The notes below the pieces were generated by a model, which saw only the letters and a program-made list of their open reading frames with translations, made no database searches and was not told the origin of the DNA. Made by a program: the position numbers and the translations under genes. Below are positions 19,125 through 27,772 of a stretch of DNA of 64,000 nucleotides, piece after piece. Where the stretch lies: positions 4,794 to 68,793 of the forward strand of contig QHUU01000063.1 in the NCBI GenBank assembly GCA_003222155.1. Reading direction: 5' to 3'. Position 1 is the stretch's first letter, and each line of letters begins with the position of its first letter. Source of the DNA: Gemmatimonadota bacterium. Lineage in GTDB: Bacteria; Gemmatimonadota; Gemmatimonadetes; Gemmatimonadales; GWC2-71-9.

Positions 19125-21461
19125 ATGCCCCTTTCCCACAATCTTGGTTTCCCGCACCTCGGAGCCGGCCGCGAGTTGAAGCGCGCCACCGAGGGTTATT
19201 GGAGCGGCAAGGTCTCCCAGGCGGACCTGCTCAAGACCGGTGCCGAGCTGCGCGAGCGGCACTGGCGCCTGCAGCAGGACGCCGGTATCGACCTCGTCCC
19301 ATCGAACGACTTCTCCTACTACGACCGCGTGCTCGACACTTGCGCGCTGGTGGGCGCCGTGCCCAAGCGATACGGGTGGACGGGCGGCCCCGTGGACCTG
19401 GACACCTACTTCGCGATGGCGCGCGGTGTCCAGGCGGGGGGGCGCGATGTCACGGCGATGGAAATGACGAAGTGGTTCGATACCAACTACCACTACATCG
19501 TCCCCGAGTTCGAGCCTGGCCAGACGTTCCGGTTGTCGTCCTCGAAGCCGGTGGACGAGTTCCTCGAGGCGAAGGCGCTGGGCATCCAGACGAAGCCGGT
19601 GCTGATCGGGCCGGTGACGTTCCTGCTGCTCGGCAAGACGAGAACCGCTCGGTTCGATCGCCTGGCGCTGCTCGACGCGCTGCTGCCGGTCTACGCCGAG
19701 GTGTTGTCGCGTCTGGGGGCGTCGGGCGCCACGTGGGTGCAGCTCGACGAGCCGTGCCTCGCGCTGGATCGGACGCCCGCCGAGCGTGAAGCATTCGCGC
19801 GGGCGTATGGTTTCCTCGCCGACCAGGCGCCCAAGGTGAAGCTCCTGGTCGCGACGTACTTCGGCGCGCTGGACGACAACTTGACGAGCGCGCTGGAGCT
19901 GCCGGTGGCCGGCCTGCACGTGGACGCCGTGCGCACCGGGCAGCGGCTGGCGTCGCTCGTCCAGAGCTGGCCGGTGGGCGGCGGCCGCAGCGGGAAGGTG
20001 CTGTCGCTCGGCGTGATCGACGGGCGCAACATCTGGAAGGCCGATCTCGCCGCGTCGCTGCGCCAGCTCGAGGACGCATTGGAGCGCGCCGGCGCCGCGC
20101 AGCTGTGGGTGGCGCCGTCGTGCTCGCTGCTGCACGTCCCGATCGATCTCGACCTCGAGCGACGGCTCGACAGCGAGCTCAAGGGGTGGCTCGCGTTCGC
20201 GAAACAGAAGCTGGTCGAAGTGGCCACGCTGGCGCGGGCGCTGCGCGACGGACGGGAGTCCGTGGCGGCGACGCTCGAGACGAACGAGCGCGTGCTCGCC
20301 GGTCGGCGCATCTCCCGACGCATCCACAACCCCGCCGTGAAGCAGCGGGCGCGGGGCGTGACCGAGCACGACATGCGGCGCGCGGCGCCGTTCGCCGAGC
20401 GTCGTCGCAAGCAGCTGCGGTTGCCGCTCTTCCCCACGACGACCATCGGGTCGTTCCCCCAGACGGCCGAAGTGCGCGCGGCCCGCAAACAGCTGCACGA
20501 CGGCAAGCTGACGGGCTCGGAGTACGATGCCTTTATCGCGGAGCAGATCACCCGCACCTTGAAGCTGCAGGAAGAGCTGGGGCTGGACGTGCTGGTGCAC
20601 GGCGAATTCGAGCGCAACGACATGGTGGAGTATTTCGGCGAGCAGCTCGAGGGATTCGCCTTCACGGAGCACGGCTGGGTGCAGTCGTACGGCACGCGCT
20701 ACGTGAAGCCGCCCATCATCTACGGCGACGTGTCCCGCCCCCGGGCCATGACGGTGCGGTGGAGCACGTTCGCGCAGTCCAAGACGGCGCGCCCGGTGAA
20801 GGGCATGCTGACCGGCCCGGTGACGATCCTGCAGTGGTCGTTCGTGCGCGACGATCAGCCCCGCGCCGAGACTGCGAAGCAGCTGGCGCTGGCGATCCGC
20901 GACGAGGTGAAGGACCTCGAGGCGGCCGGGATTCGCGTGATCCAGATCGACGAGCCGGCGCTGCGCGAAGGCCTGCCGCTGCGGCGCACCGAGTGGCCCG
21001 CGTACCTCGAGTGGGCGGTGAACGCGTTCCGTCTCGCCACCGCCAGCGTGTTGGACGCCACCCAGATCCACACCCACATGTGCTACAGCGAGTTCAACGA
21101 CGTGATCCGGGTGATCGAGAAGATGGACGCGGATGTGATCTCGATCGAAAACGCGCGCTCGGGGTCGGAGCTGCTCGAGGGGTTCAAGGAATACCGCTAT
21201 CCCAACGAGATCGGGCCGGGCGTCTACGACATTCATTCGCCCCGCGTGCCGAGCACGGCGGAGATCGTGCAGGCGCTGAAGCGGATGCAGGAGGTGCTCG
21301 ACGACCGCCAGATCTGGGTCAATCCCGACTGCGGCCTCAAGACGCGCGGCTGGCAGGAGACGCTGGCGGCGCTGCGCAACCTGGTGCATGCGGCGCGTCA
21401 GATGCGGCCGGTGCCGACCCCCGGGCTCGCGCCCGGGGTCAGTGGTGTGCCCCGCGATTAG
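19125..21461 (+). CDS. metE: Cobalamin-independent methionine synthase
   Basis: Full-length MetE pattern ([26 protein letters not shown]...; two Meth_synt halves; zinc-site region HMCYSEFND). The last ~19 codons are repeat-derived (see findings). Confidence 0.95.
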   Translation: MPLSHNLGFPHLGAGRELKRATEGYWSGKVSQADLLKTGAELRERHWRLQQDAGIDLVPSNDFSYYDRVLDTCALVGAVPKRYGWTGGPVDLDTYFAMARGVQAGGRDVTAMEMTKWFDTNYHYIVPEFEPGQTFRLSSSKPVDEFLEAKALGIQTKPVLIGPVTFLLLGKTRTARFDRLALLDALLPVYAEVLSRLGASGATWVQLDEPCLALDRTPAEREAFARAYGFLADQAPKVKLLVATYFGALDDNLTSALELPVAGLHVDAVRTGQRLASLVQSWPVGGGRSGKVLSLGVIDGRNIWKADLAASLRQLEDALERAGAAQLWVAPSCSLLHVPIDLDLERRLDSELKGWLAFAKQKLVEVATLARALRDGRESVAATLETNERVLAGRRISRRIHNPAVKQRARGVTEHDMRRAAPFAERRRKQLRLPLFPTTTIGSFPQTAEVRAARKQLHDGKLTGSEYDAFIAEQITRTLKLQEELGLDVLVHGEFERNDMVEYFGEQLEGFAFTEHGWVQSYGTRYVKPPIIYGDVSRPRAMTVRWSTFAQSKTARPVKGMLTGPVTILQWSFVRDDQPRAETAKQLALAIRDEVKDLEAAGIRVIQIDEPALREGLPLRRTEWPAYLEWAVNAFRLATASVLDATQIHTHMCYSEFNDVIRVIEKMDADVISIENARSGSELLEGFKEYRYPNEIGPGVYDIHSPRVPSTAEIVQALKRMQEVLDDRQIWVNPDCGLKTRGWQETLAALRNLVHAARQMRPVPTPGLAPGVSGVPRD
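21416..21442. repeat. Palindromic REP-like element, family A copy 1 (inside the metE 3' end)
   Basis: GACCCCCGGGC TCGC GCCCGGGGTCAG. The same stem and GGGGTCAG tail occur at 25993, and in reverse orientation at 33244 and 45522. Confidence 0.65.
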
Positions 21462-21476
21462 CGGGGTTATCTTTGT
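21450..21476 (+). terminator. Small hairpin plus T-rich tail overlapping the metE stop (attenuator/terminator candidate)
   Basis: CCCCGC GATTA GCGGGG followed by TTATCTTTGT. The next gene starts only at 21480, so termination may be partial. Confidence 0.3.
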
Positions 21477-21479
21477 AGC

Positions 21480-22094
21480 ATGGCCCCCGCCGATATCCGG
21501 ATCACCGCCGAGCCGATCGACACCGGCCGCTGCAAGTTCGTCGTGAGCGAGCCGGTGCACGGCGGCGGCGTGCGGCGGTTCGCGTCGCCCGACGATGCGA
21601 GCGGCTCCCCACTCGCCGAGGGGATCTTCGCGATCCCGGGCGCGGATGTGGCCGAGGTGATCGTCTCCGGAAACCTGGTGACGGTCGTGAAGCGCGGCCC
21701 GGCGCCGTGGCAGACGGTGGGGAAGGCGGTGGGTCAGGTGATTCGCGCCGCCCTCGCCGGGGCCAGCCCGGCCGTGGCACCCAAGCCGGTCGCTCCCGCG
21801 ACGCTCGGCGCGGACGACGACACGCTGTACGAGCGGGTCGCCGACCTGTTCGAGAGCCAGGTGAATCCCATGGTCGCGCGGCACGGCGGTCGGGTCGAGT
21901 TGATCGACGTTCAGGACGCCGTCGTGATGGTCCGCATGGCGGGCGGGTGCCAGGGATGCGGCATGGCGGACGTGACCCTGCGCCAGGGTATCGAGGCGAT
22001 GCTGCAGCAGCACGTCCCCGATGTGAAGGGCGTCGTGGACATCACCGATCACGCCGCCGGCTCGAACCCGTACTTCGCGGCGGCTAAGAAGTAG
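21480..22094 (+). CDS. Nfu/NifU-type Fe-S cluster carrier (Nfu_N + NifU C-terminal domain)
   Basis: C-terminal NPMVARHGGRVELIDVQDAVVMVRMAGGCQGCGMADVTLRQGIE with the CxxC cluster-binding motif. Confidence 0.85.
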   Translation: MAPADIRITAEPIDTGRCKFVVSEPVHGGGVRRFASPDDASGSPLAEGIFAIPGADVAEVIVSGNLVTVVKRGPAPWQTVGKAVGQVIRAALAGASPAVAPKPVAPATLGADDDTLYERVADLFESQVNPMVARHGGRVELIDVQDAVVMVRMAGGCQGCGMADVTLRQGIEAMLQQHVPDVKGVVDITDHAAGSNPYFAAAKK

Positions 22095-22115
22095 GGGCGC
22101 ATCATGCTGCGCCCC
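22094..22115. repeat. Palindromic REP-like element, family B copy 3 (variant carrying an ATG)
   Basis: GGGGCGCATCATGCTGCGCCCC differs from the core GGGGCGCAGCACGCTGCGCCCC at two positions. The ATG at 22104 is the start of the next gene. Confidence 0.6.
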
Positions 22116-23360
22116 GACACACCTAGGCTCCTCCTCCTCCTCCCCACGGCGACCTACCGCACGGCCGCGTTCGTCGAGGCCGCGCGCCGGCTGGGCGTCG
22201 TGCTCACCGTCGCCTCCGAGCGCCCCAGCACGTTCCAGGACGCGAATCCCGGCGGCCTCGTCACACTCGACCTGTCCGAACCGGACCGTGCCGCCGCGCA
22301 GGCACGGGCGTTCGCGCGCGAGCATCCGCTGCAGGGAGTGGTGGGTGTGGACGACGACACAGCGGTCGTGGCCGCCGCGATCGCCACGGCGCTCGGTCTG
22401 CGGGGCAACGACGTCGCCGCGGCCCGCGCGGCGCGCGACAAGCACGAACAGCGGACGTCGCTCGCCACGGCGGGTGTGCCCGTGCCTCATTTCAGGCTGT
22501 TCCCCGTGGACGAAGATCCACGGCGGCTGGCCGCAGGCGTGCCCTACCCGTGCGTGCTCAAGCCGCTGCGCCTGGCCGCCAGTCGCGGCGTGATCCGCGC
22601 GGACACTCAAGAAGATTTCGTGGCGGCGTTCGAGCGGGTGAAGAGAATTCTCGAGCAGGCGGGATGCGCAACCCGCTCGATTCTCGTCGAAGACTTCGTT
22701 CCTGGTCGCGAGTATGCGCTCGAGGGGCTGCTCCTGGCCGGCGAGCTTCGGGTGCTGGCGCTGTTCGACAAGCCCGACCCGCTCGACGGCCCGTACTTCG
22801 AAGAGACGATCTACGTCACACCGTCGCGCCTCCCGGCGGAGGAGCAGCGGGCGGTCGCCGCGTGCGCGGGGCGGGCGGCGGCGGCGCTCGGGCTCCGGGA
22901 AGGACCGGTGCATGCCGAGCTGCGGGTGAACGGCAGCGGCCCCTGGCTGATCGAGCTCGCGGCTCGGCCGATCGGGGGGCGGTGCAGCGGGGCGCTCCGA
23001 TTCGGGACTGGGGGTTCGGGGTTAGGGACTTGGGCGTCACTGGAGGAGATCATCGTGCGCCACGCCTTGGGGATGCAGATCCCGTCGCTCGAGCGCGAAT
23101 CACAGGCTTCCGGCGTGATGATGATCCCGGTGCCGGGCGCGGGCGTGTTACGGGAAGTGCGGGGAGTCGATGAAGCTCGGCGCCTGCCGCTGGTCGAGGA
23201 GGTCGTCATCACCGCGCATCCGGACCAGGAGCTCGTGCCCTGGCCCGAGGGCGCCCGCTATCCCGGATTCATCTTCGCACGCGGTGACACGCCCGAGGCG
23301 GTCGAGGCCGCGCTGCGCGCAGCGCACCGGCGGCTGCAGTTCGTTATCGCGTCGGATTAG
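22104..23360 (+). CDS. ATP-grasp domain ligase (carboxylate-amine ligase type)
   Basis: Pre-ATP-grasp plus ATP-grasp layout (PCVLKPLRLAASRGVIRAD, ILVEDFVPGREYALEGLL, GPVHAELRVNGSGPWLIELAARPIGG). Confidence 0.8.
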   Translation: MLRPDTPRLLLLLPTATYRTAAFVEAARRLGVVLTVASERPSTFQDANPGGLVTLDLSEPDRAAAQARAFAREHPLQGVVGVDDDTAVVAAAIATALGLRGNDVAAARAARDKHEQRTSLATAGVPVPHFRLFPVDEDPRRLAAGVPYPCVLKPLRLAASRGVIRADTQEDFVAAFERVKRILEQAGCATRSILVEDFVPGREYALEGLLLAGELRVLALFDKPDPLDGPYFEETIYVTPSRLPAEEQRAVAACAGRAAAALGLREGPVHAELRVNGSGPWLIELAARPIGGRCSGALRFGTGGSGLGTWASLEEIIVRHALGMQIPSLERESQASGVMMIPVPGAGVLREVRGVDEARRLPLVEEVVITAHPDQELVPWPEGARYPGFIFARGDTPEAVEAALRAAHRRLQFVIASD

Positions 23361-24178
23361 GCTGCTGTCGCCACGCACTCGAGCCAGTTGCGCGGCACGT
23401 GGTCCATGCCCGTCTCATCGATCGTGCGGCGGAGTCCTTCTTTCAACGCGCTCGAGCCTTCCTCGAGCGGGACTCCCGGAAGCGCGCCCTCGATGAACAA
23501 CGAGAAACGCCCGATGTCTTCGAGCGCCTCGGGGGTCATCTCGATGCGTACGAGGTCGACCGCGGGGCGCGTGAAGCCGCCCTGAACGCACAGCTCGCCG
23601 TATTCCTCGGCCGAGAGGAACTGCCGCGCGACCGCGTGGGCCCTGTGCTGGACCTCGAGCCCGCGCTCCCGCAGCACCTGCACTGCGCGCACCACCCAAC
23701 GCCGCCAGAATCCCGCCGTGCCGTCGACGTACGCACCGTTGAAGAAGGTGGTATTGAACGCGAACACGCCGTCCCGCTTCAGCGCCTTGCGGATCTCGCC
23801 GATCACCTGCGCCTTGTCGGGAACGAGGTGGATGGCGTTCAGGAACACGACCGCGTCCGCCGAAGAGACGAGGCGCGATACCCACTCGGCGCTGCCTTCG
23901 ATGAACTCGACGACCTTGGAGTGGATGGCGGCTCGGGCCTTGGACAGCGCTGACGCGGATGGATCGATGCCGATGACCTTGGCGTTGCGCGCGTCATCCA
24001 GCCGCTCCAAGATCAGCTTCGTGACGGCTCCGGGACCGCAGCCCAGATCGACGATCTTGCGCCGACCGGGGCAGATCACCTGCTCGACGATCCAGCGATT
24101 GACCTCGGTGAAAAACGGGTGCCGGGTGAACGCCTCGAAGGAAAAGCGTTCGTCGCCGCCCTCTTCGTGAGCTGCCAT
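23357..24178 (-). CDS. Class I SAM-dependent methyltransferase
   Basis: Motif I KIVDLGCGPGAV, followed by VIGIDPS and ADAVVFLNAIH. Confidence 0.85.
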   Translation of the reverse strand: MAAHEEGGDERFSFEAFTRHPFFTEVNRWIVEQVICPGRRKIVDLGCGPGAVTKLILERLDDARNAKVIGIDPSASALSKARAAIHSKVVEFIEGSAEWVSRLVSSADAVVFLNAIHLVPDKAQVIGEIRKALKRDGVFAFNTTFFNGAYVDGTAGFWRRWVVRAVQVLRERGLEVQHRAHAVARQFLSAEEYGELCVQGGFTRPAVDLVRIEMTPEALEDIGRFSLFIEGALPGVPLEEGSSALKEGLRRTIDETGMDHVPRNWLECVATAA

Positions 24179-24297
24179 GGGCCCCTCCCCGCTCTCAGAC
24201 TTGTGAATCGCGGCCGCACCGCGCCGATCCCCAAGCTTCCAAGGTACACCCTTGGGCCTGGCTTCGCGCCCACGTGCAATCTACTATGGGCATCTAA

Positions 24298-24900
24298 GTG
24301 ACCCCGCCAAGGCGTCTCAGTCAAGAGCAAGAACACTCTTTGGTGCGCCGCCTCAAGGCGCGGGACGAGCACGCGCTCCAGGAATTATACGACGCGCTCG
24401 CACCCTGGGTCCTCGGCCTCGCCTATCGCATCCTGCACGACGAAGACGCGGCCGAGGAAGTAGTCGGTGACGTCTTCGTGAAAGTGTGGCGTGGCGTCCA
24501 CAAGCACGACCCGGACCGCGGTCCGCTGGTGCCGTGGATCCTATCCATCGCGCGTAACCGGGCGCTCGACGAGCTGCGGCGGCGTCAGCGGTGGTGGCGC
24601 AAGGCAGAAAGGTGGGGGCAGGCGCGGGGGGCGACGGGGGCGGGAGAGGAAGTCGCAAACCCGGGGCCGCACGAAGCCGCCGTTCCCGGGTGGCCGCTGC
24701 ACCGCGAGGTGCACGCCGCGCTCGCGACACTGCCGGACGAGCTGCGGCGCGTAGTGATGCTCGCGTATTTCGAAGGGCTGTCGCACAGCCAGATCGCGCG
24801 CCGCCTGCAGCAGCCTCTGGGGACGGTGAAAACGCGGCTGCGGGCGGCTCATCAGAAGTTGACGGACCAGCTGGCACATCTCAAGGATTGGCTGGAATGA
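24298..24900 (+). CDS. ECF-family RNA polymerase sigma factor
   Basis: Region 2 (YDALAPWVLGLAYRILHDEDAAEEVVGDVFVKVW) and region 4 (LPDELRRVVMLAYFEGLSHSQIARRLQQPLGTVKTRLR). GTG start. Confidence 0.9.
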   Translation: MTPPRRLSQEQEHSLVRRLKARDEHALQELYDALAPWVLGLAYRILHDEDAAEEVVGDVFVKVWRGVHKHDPDRGPLVPWILSIARNRALDELRRRQRWWRKAERWGQARGATGAGEEVANPGPHEAAVPGWPLHREVHAALATLPDELRRVVMLAYFEGLSHSQIARRLQQPLGTVKTRLRAAHQKLTDQLAHLKDWLE

Positions 24901-25481
24901 CGGACTGGTTGGGCATGTCGGTGCCTCCGCGGACGCCGCGCCCCGAGCTCAAGGGCCGGGTGCTGGCGCGCGCCCTGGCGCGCGGGCGGCGCTGGCCGTT
25001 GGCGCTGGCGGCGGCGCTCGTGGTCGTGGCGGGAGGAGGGGGGAGTCTGTGGTGGGCGCACGGCAGGATCGACGCGCTCGGTGCGGAGCGGGATCGGCTC
25101 GCGGCGCGGGTCGCGGCCCTCGAGGACACGGTCTCGAGCTTCATCCACGACCCCGCGACGCGACTCATCCAGGTTCCCGTCTCGACCGGGGGCCGTGTCG
25201 GGTCGGTGACGATCTTTGTCGACAGCACGCGGCACCGCTGGCTGGTGCGCTGCGAGGGCCTGGCCCCGAATGCCCGGGACCAGACCTACCAGTTGTGGTT
25301 CGTCACCGACAAGGGAATGCAGCCCGCGGCCCTGATGCTGATGGATCGGGACCAGCCCATGGTGATGGGGTTGCCGCTACCGCAGGCGGGGGAGCGCGTG
25401 ATGGGAGCGGCGATGAGCATCGAGCCGCGGGCCGGCTCGGCGAGTCCGAGCGGGCCCATCGTCTTCCGCGTGGGGCTTTAG
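24897..25481 (+). CDS. Anti-sigma factor, RskA-like C-terminal domain
   Basis: ATGA overlap with the sigma gene and one TM segment (WPLALAAALVVVAGG). QTYQLWFVTDKGMQPAALM resembles the anti-sigma-K (RskA) extracytoplasmic domain. Confidence 0.75.
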   Translation: MTDWLGMSVPPRTPRPELKGRVLARALARGRRWPLALAAALVVVAGGGGSLWWAHGRIDALGAERDRLAARVAALEDTVSSFIHDPATRLIQVPVSTGGRVGSVTIFVDSTRHRWLVRCEGLAPNARDQTYQLWFVTDKGMQPAALMLMDRDQPMVMGLPLPQAGERVMGAAMSIEPRAGSASPSGPIVFRVGL

Positions 25482-25972
25482 GGTCGCTTCCCCGCCAGAT
25501 CGTGGACGGTCTCGAGCTCCACGACCTTGAGGCGCCGCTGCCCCATCGGAAGGGCGGTGGTCACCGACTGCCCCACCTTGGCGCCCAGCAGGGCCTTGCC
25601 GAGGGGGGAAGCCATCGAAACGGGCGTTTCGTGCCCGTCGTCGTCGCCCTCGATGAACTCGCCCAGTGTGAGCGCGTACGTCTCGCGCTGCTTGGTGTCG
25701 ACGTCCTGCACCGTTACGCGGGAGCCGAACCCCACGCGGTCGCGCGGGATGTCGGACTCCTGGACGCTCGAGAGCTTGGAGAGGCGGAGCCGCAGGTGGC
25801 TCAAGCGCGAGGTGACGAACTGCTGGCGCTCGAGCGCCGCCTTGTATTCGGAATTCTCCCGCAGGTCGCCGTGCGCGCGCGCCCGCTCGATCTCCTTCGG
25901 CAGCACGAAGTTGATCTCGTGATTCAGGCGCTCGACCTCGGCCTGGAGGCGGTTCTTCAACTCGTCGATCAT
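25478..25972 (-). CDS. greA: Transcription elongation factor GreA
   Basis: N-terminal coiled coil with AHGDLRENSEYKAALERQ, and a C-terminal FKBP-like domain (VGFGSRVTVQDVDT). Confidence 0.95.
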   Translation of the reverse strand: MIDELKNRLQAEVERLNHEINFVLPKEIERARAHGDLRENSEYKAALERQQFVTSRLSHLRLRLSKLSSVQESDIPRDRVGFGSRVTVQDVDTKQRETYALTLGEFIEGDDDGHETPVSMASPLGKALLGAKVGQSVTTALPMGQRRLKVVELETVHDLAGKRP

Positions 25973-25992
25973 GGGGGAAAAAATAGCCTACT

Positions 25993-26016
25993 CCCCGGGC
26001 TTGCGCCCGGGGTCAG
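25993..26016. repeat. Palindromic REP-like element, family A copy 2
   Basis: CCCCGGGC TTGC GCCCGGGG TCAG in the greA/mrp divergent intergenic region. Confidence 0.7.
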
Positions 26017-26062
26017 TCCTTGCGACTTGGCGTCGTGGCGTCTGGCAACGCATTTTTCCCTC

Positions 26063-26857
26063 ATGCCCCTCAACATCCGCACCTATCACGAGCTGACCGA
26101 GCCGGATCGGTCCGGGCTTCCGGGCCAGATCGCGGCCCAGCGGCGCCGGGTGGCGGCGCGGCTCGCGGGCGTGGGGCGCGTGGTCGCCGTGATGAGCGGC
26201 AAGGGTGGCGTGGGGAAGAGCTTCGCCACCGCGGGGCTCGCCCGGGCTCTGGCGCGCGCAGGTCGGGCCGCGGGGGTGCTCGACGCCGATTTCAACGGAC
26301 CGACCATCCCCGCACTTCTCAGCCTCCCTGTCGCACGTTGCACGTTGCATGAGGATGGCATCGAGCCGGCCGTGAGCGCGGAAGGCGTGCGGTGTTTCTC
26401 CATGGCGCTGCTCCTCGAAGACGGCCGGCCGCTCGGGTTCCGGGGCCCGGAGGCGGATAGCCACGTGTGGCGCGAGACGCTCGAAGCCGCGGCGCTGCGG
26501 GAGTTCCTGGCCGACGTCGCCTGGGGCCCGCTCGATCGGCTGCTCGTCGACCTGCCGCCCGGGATCCAGCGGTTCCAGGAGCTCGCCGGGCTGTTGCCGG
26601 CGCCGCCGGCCGTGCTGACCGTGACCATTCCCACGGCGGAATCGCGCGATGCGGTGCGCCGCGCGATGCAGTTCGCCCGGGAGCGCCGCGCTGAGCTGCT
26701 CGGCGTGGTGGAGAACATGGTGGACGGTCCGTTCGCCGGCGGCGCGGGCGAAGACCTGGCACGCGAGTTCGGGGTGCCGCTGCTCGCACGCATCCCCTGG
26801 CACCCGACCCCGGACGTCTGGGAAGCGGTGGCGCGAAGATTGGAAGGCGGGTCGTGA
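26063..26857 (+). CDS. Mrp/NBP35/ApbC-family P-loop ATPase (Fe-S cluster carrier type)
   Basis: Deviant Walker A VAVMSGKGGVGKSF. Also DADFNGPTIP, LLVDLPPG and VVENM motifs. Confidence 0.85.
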   Translation: MPLNIRTYHELTEPDRSGLPGQIAAQRRRVAARLAGVGRVVAVMSGKGGVGKSFATAGLARALARAGRAAGVLDADFNGPTIPALLSLPVARCTLHEDGIEPAVSAEGVRCFSMALLLEDGRPLGFRGPEADSHVWRETLEAAALREFLADVAWGPLDRLLVDLPPGIQRFQELAGLLPAPPAVLTVTIPTAESRDAVRRAMQFARERRAELLGVVENMVDGPFAGGAGEDLAREFGVPLLARIPWHPTPDVWEAVARRLEGGS

Positions 26858-26860
26858 GAG

Positions 26861-26959
26861 TTCACACGCTGAAGGGTGTACCCGAAACGGCCCTGCCCTT
26901 AAGGGCAGCGCTTCACCGGGCCCAGGCTTCAGCCTGGGAATCAAGGGGGCGCGTGTGAA
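26861..26959 (+). promoter_or_regulatory. Structured intergenic leader (outer stem enclosing two hairpins) that occludes the downstream start codon
   Basis: Outer stem TTCACACGC (26861-26869) pairs with GCGTGTGAA (26951-26959). Inner hairpins CTGCCC-TTAA-GGGCAG (26893-26908) and CCCAGGC-TTCA-GCCTGGG (26921-26938). The GTG start at 26955 sits in the outer stem. Confidence 0.4.
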
Positions 26960-27404
26960 GTTCCTCTGCGTCGACTGCGACCGGCAGATGCTGTTCGAGG
27001 AGCGGCAGCTCCCCGGGGACGGCACGCTCGCGGCGGCGTTCCGGTGCCCCCAATGCGGTCGCGCCGTCGGGCTGTTGACCAATCCGATGGAGACGCAGCT
27101 CGTGGCGTCGCTGGGCGTAAAGATCGGCGGGACGACGATCGACCCGCAGCCGCTCGAGACGGTGCGGGGGATGGTCACGACGGGGCGAGACGAAGCCTTC
27201 GCGGAGGCGGCGGGGGACGGGGGACGAGGGACGGGTGTCGTCTGGTCGGTCGACGCTCAGGAGCGCCTGGCCCGGGTCCCCAACTTCGTGCGCGGGATGG
27301 TGAAGAAGATCTACGCCGACTATGCCAAGGATCGCTGCATTGCGGAGATCACCCCGGCCGTGATGGACACCGCGCGGAGCGAGCTCGGGCTCGAGGGCAT
27401 GTGA
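26955..27404 (+). CDS. Zinc-ribbon + PCP_red (BchB/ChlB C-terminal-like) domain protein
   Basis: RBS AAGGGGG. CVDC...CPQC zinc ribbon. C-terminal VVWSVDAQERLARVPNFVRGMVKKIYADYAKDRCIAEITPAVMD matches the W-x-x-x-A-x-x-x-L-x-x-[IV]-P-x-F-[VA]-R pattern of PCP_red. Confidence 0.7.
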   Translation: MKFLCVDCDRQMLFEERQLPGDGTLAAAFRCPQCGRAVGLLTNPMETQLVASLGVKIGGTTIDPQPLETVRGMVTTGRDEAFAEAAGDGGRGTGVVWSVDAQERLARVPNFVRGMVKKIYADYAKDRCIAEITPAVMDTARSELGLEGM

Positions 27405-27676
27405 GCCTGGACGAGCGCACAGTCCACGGGCTGCGCATCGTGATCGACCGCGAGCAGTGCGTCGGGTTCGGCGACTGTGCGACGGCAGCCCCCGAGGGTT
27501 TCAAATTGGACGCCGACACCATCGCCACCTTCCTCGAGCCGGAGCGGGTGGAGCGCGAGCGCCTGCTGCGGGCGTGTGACGCCTGTCCGGTAGATGCCAT
27601 AACCGTTTGGGACTCAGAGGGTAGGCAGCTGGTGCCAGGACAGTCCACGGCTAGACGCACAGACGCACCGCGGTGA
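27401..27676 (+). CDS. Small single-cluster ferredoxin
   Basis: GTG overlapping the upstream stop (ATGTGA). CVGFGDC ... CDACPVDAI cysteine pattern. Confidence 0.75.
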   Translation: MSLDERTVHGLRIVIDREQCVGFGDCATAAPEGFKLDADTIATFLEPERVERERLLRACDACPVDAITVWDSEGRQLVPGQSTARRTDAPR

Positions 27677-27746
27677 ATAGGGAGTAGTCGGCAGGAGCAT
27701 CCGCCCACTCGGCCCTGTTCACCACTGTGCGTCCGTTGCGTCTAGC
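27650..27746. repeat. Long-range inverted repeat spanning the ferredoxin stop and intergenic spacer (terminator/insulator candidate)
   Basis: GCTAGACGCACAGACGCAC (27650-27668) versus GTGCGTCCGTTGCGTCTAGC (27727-27746). The arms are complementary apart from one extra base, separated by about 58 nt. Confidence 0.5.
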
Positions 27747-27772
27747 TGTTGCATCTTCTGTTCGCTGCTTAC

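Noticed and set aside
19086-22913. 1275-aa ORF on the minus strand spanning metE, nfu and the ATP-grasp gene
   Set aside because: It lies antisense to three genes with unmistakable homology. Its translation is Arg/Pro/Gly/His-rich low complexity with no motifs. Long stop-free antisense frames are expected at this GC content.
24600-24660. G-rich stretch inside the second ECF sigma gene, considered as another heptamer-array element
   Set aside because: No clear 7-nt periodicity or inverted partner is present. It encodes the naturally variable region 2-4 linker (..AERWGQARGATGAGEEV..).
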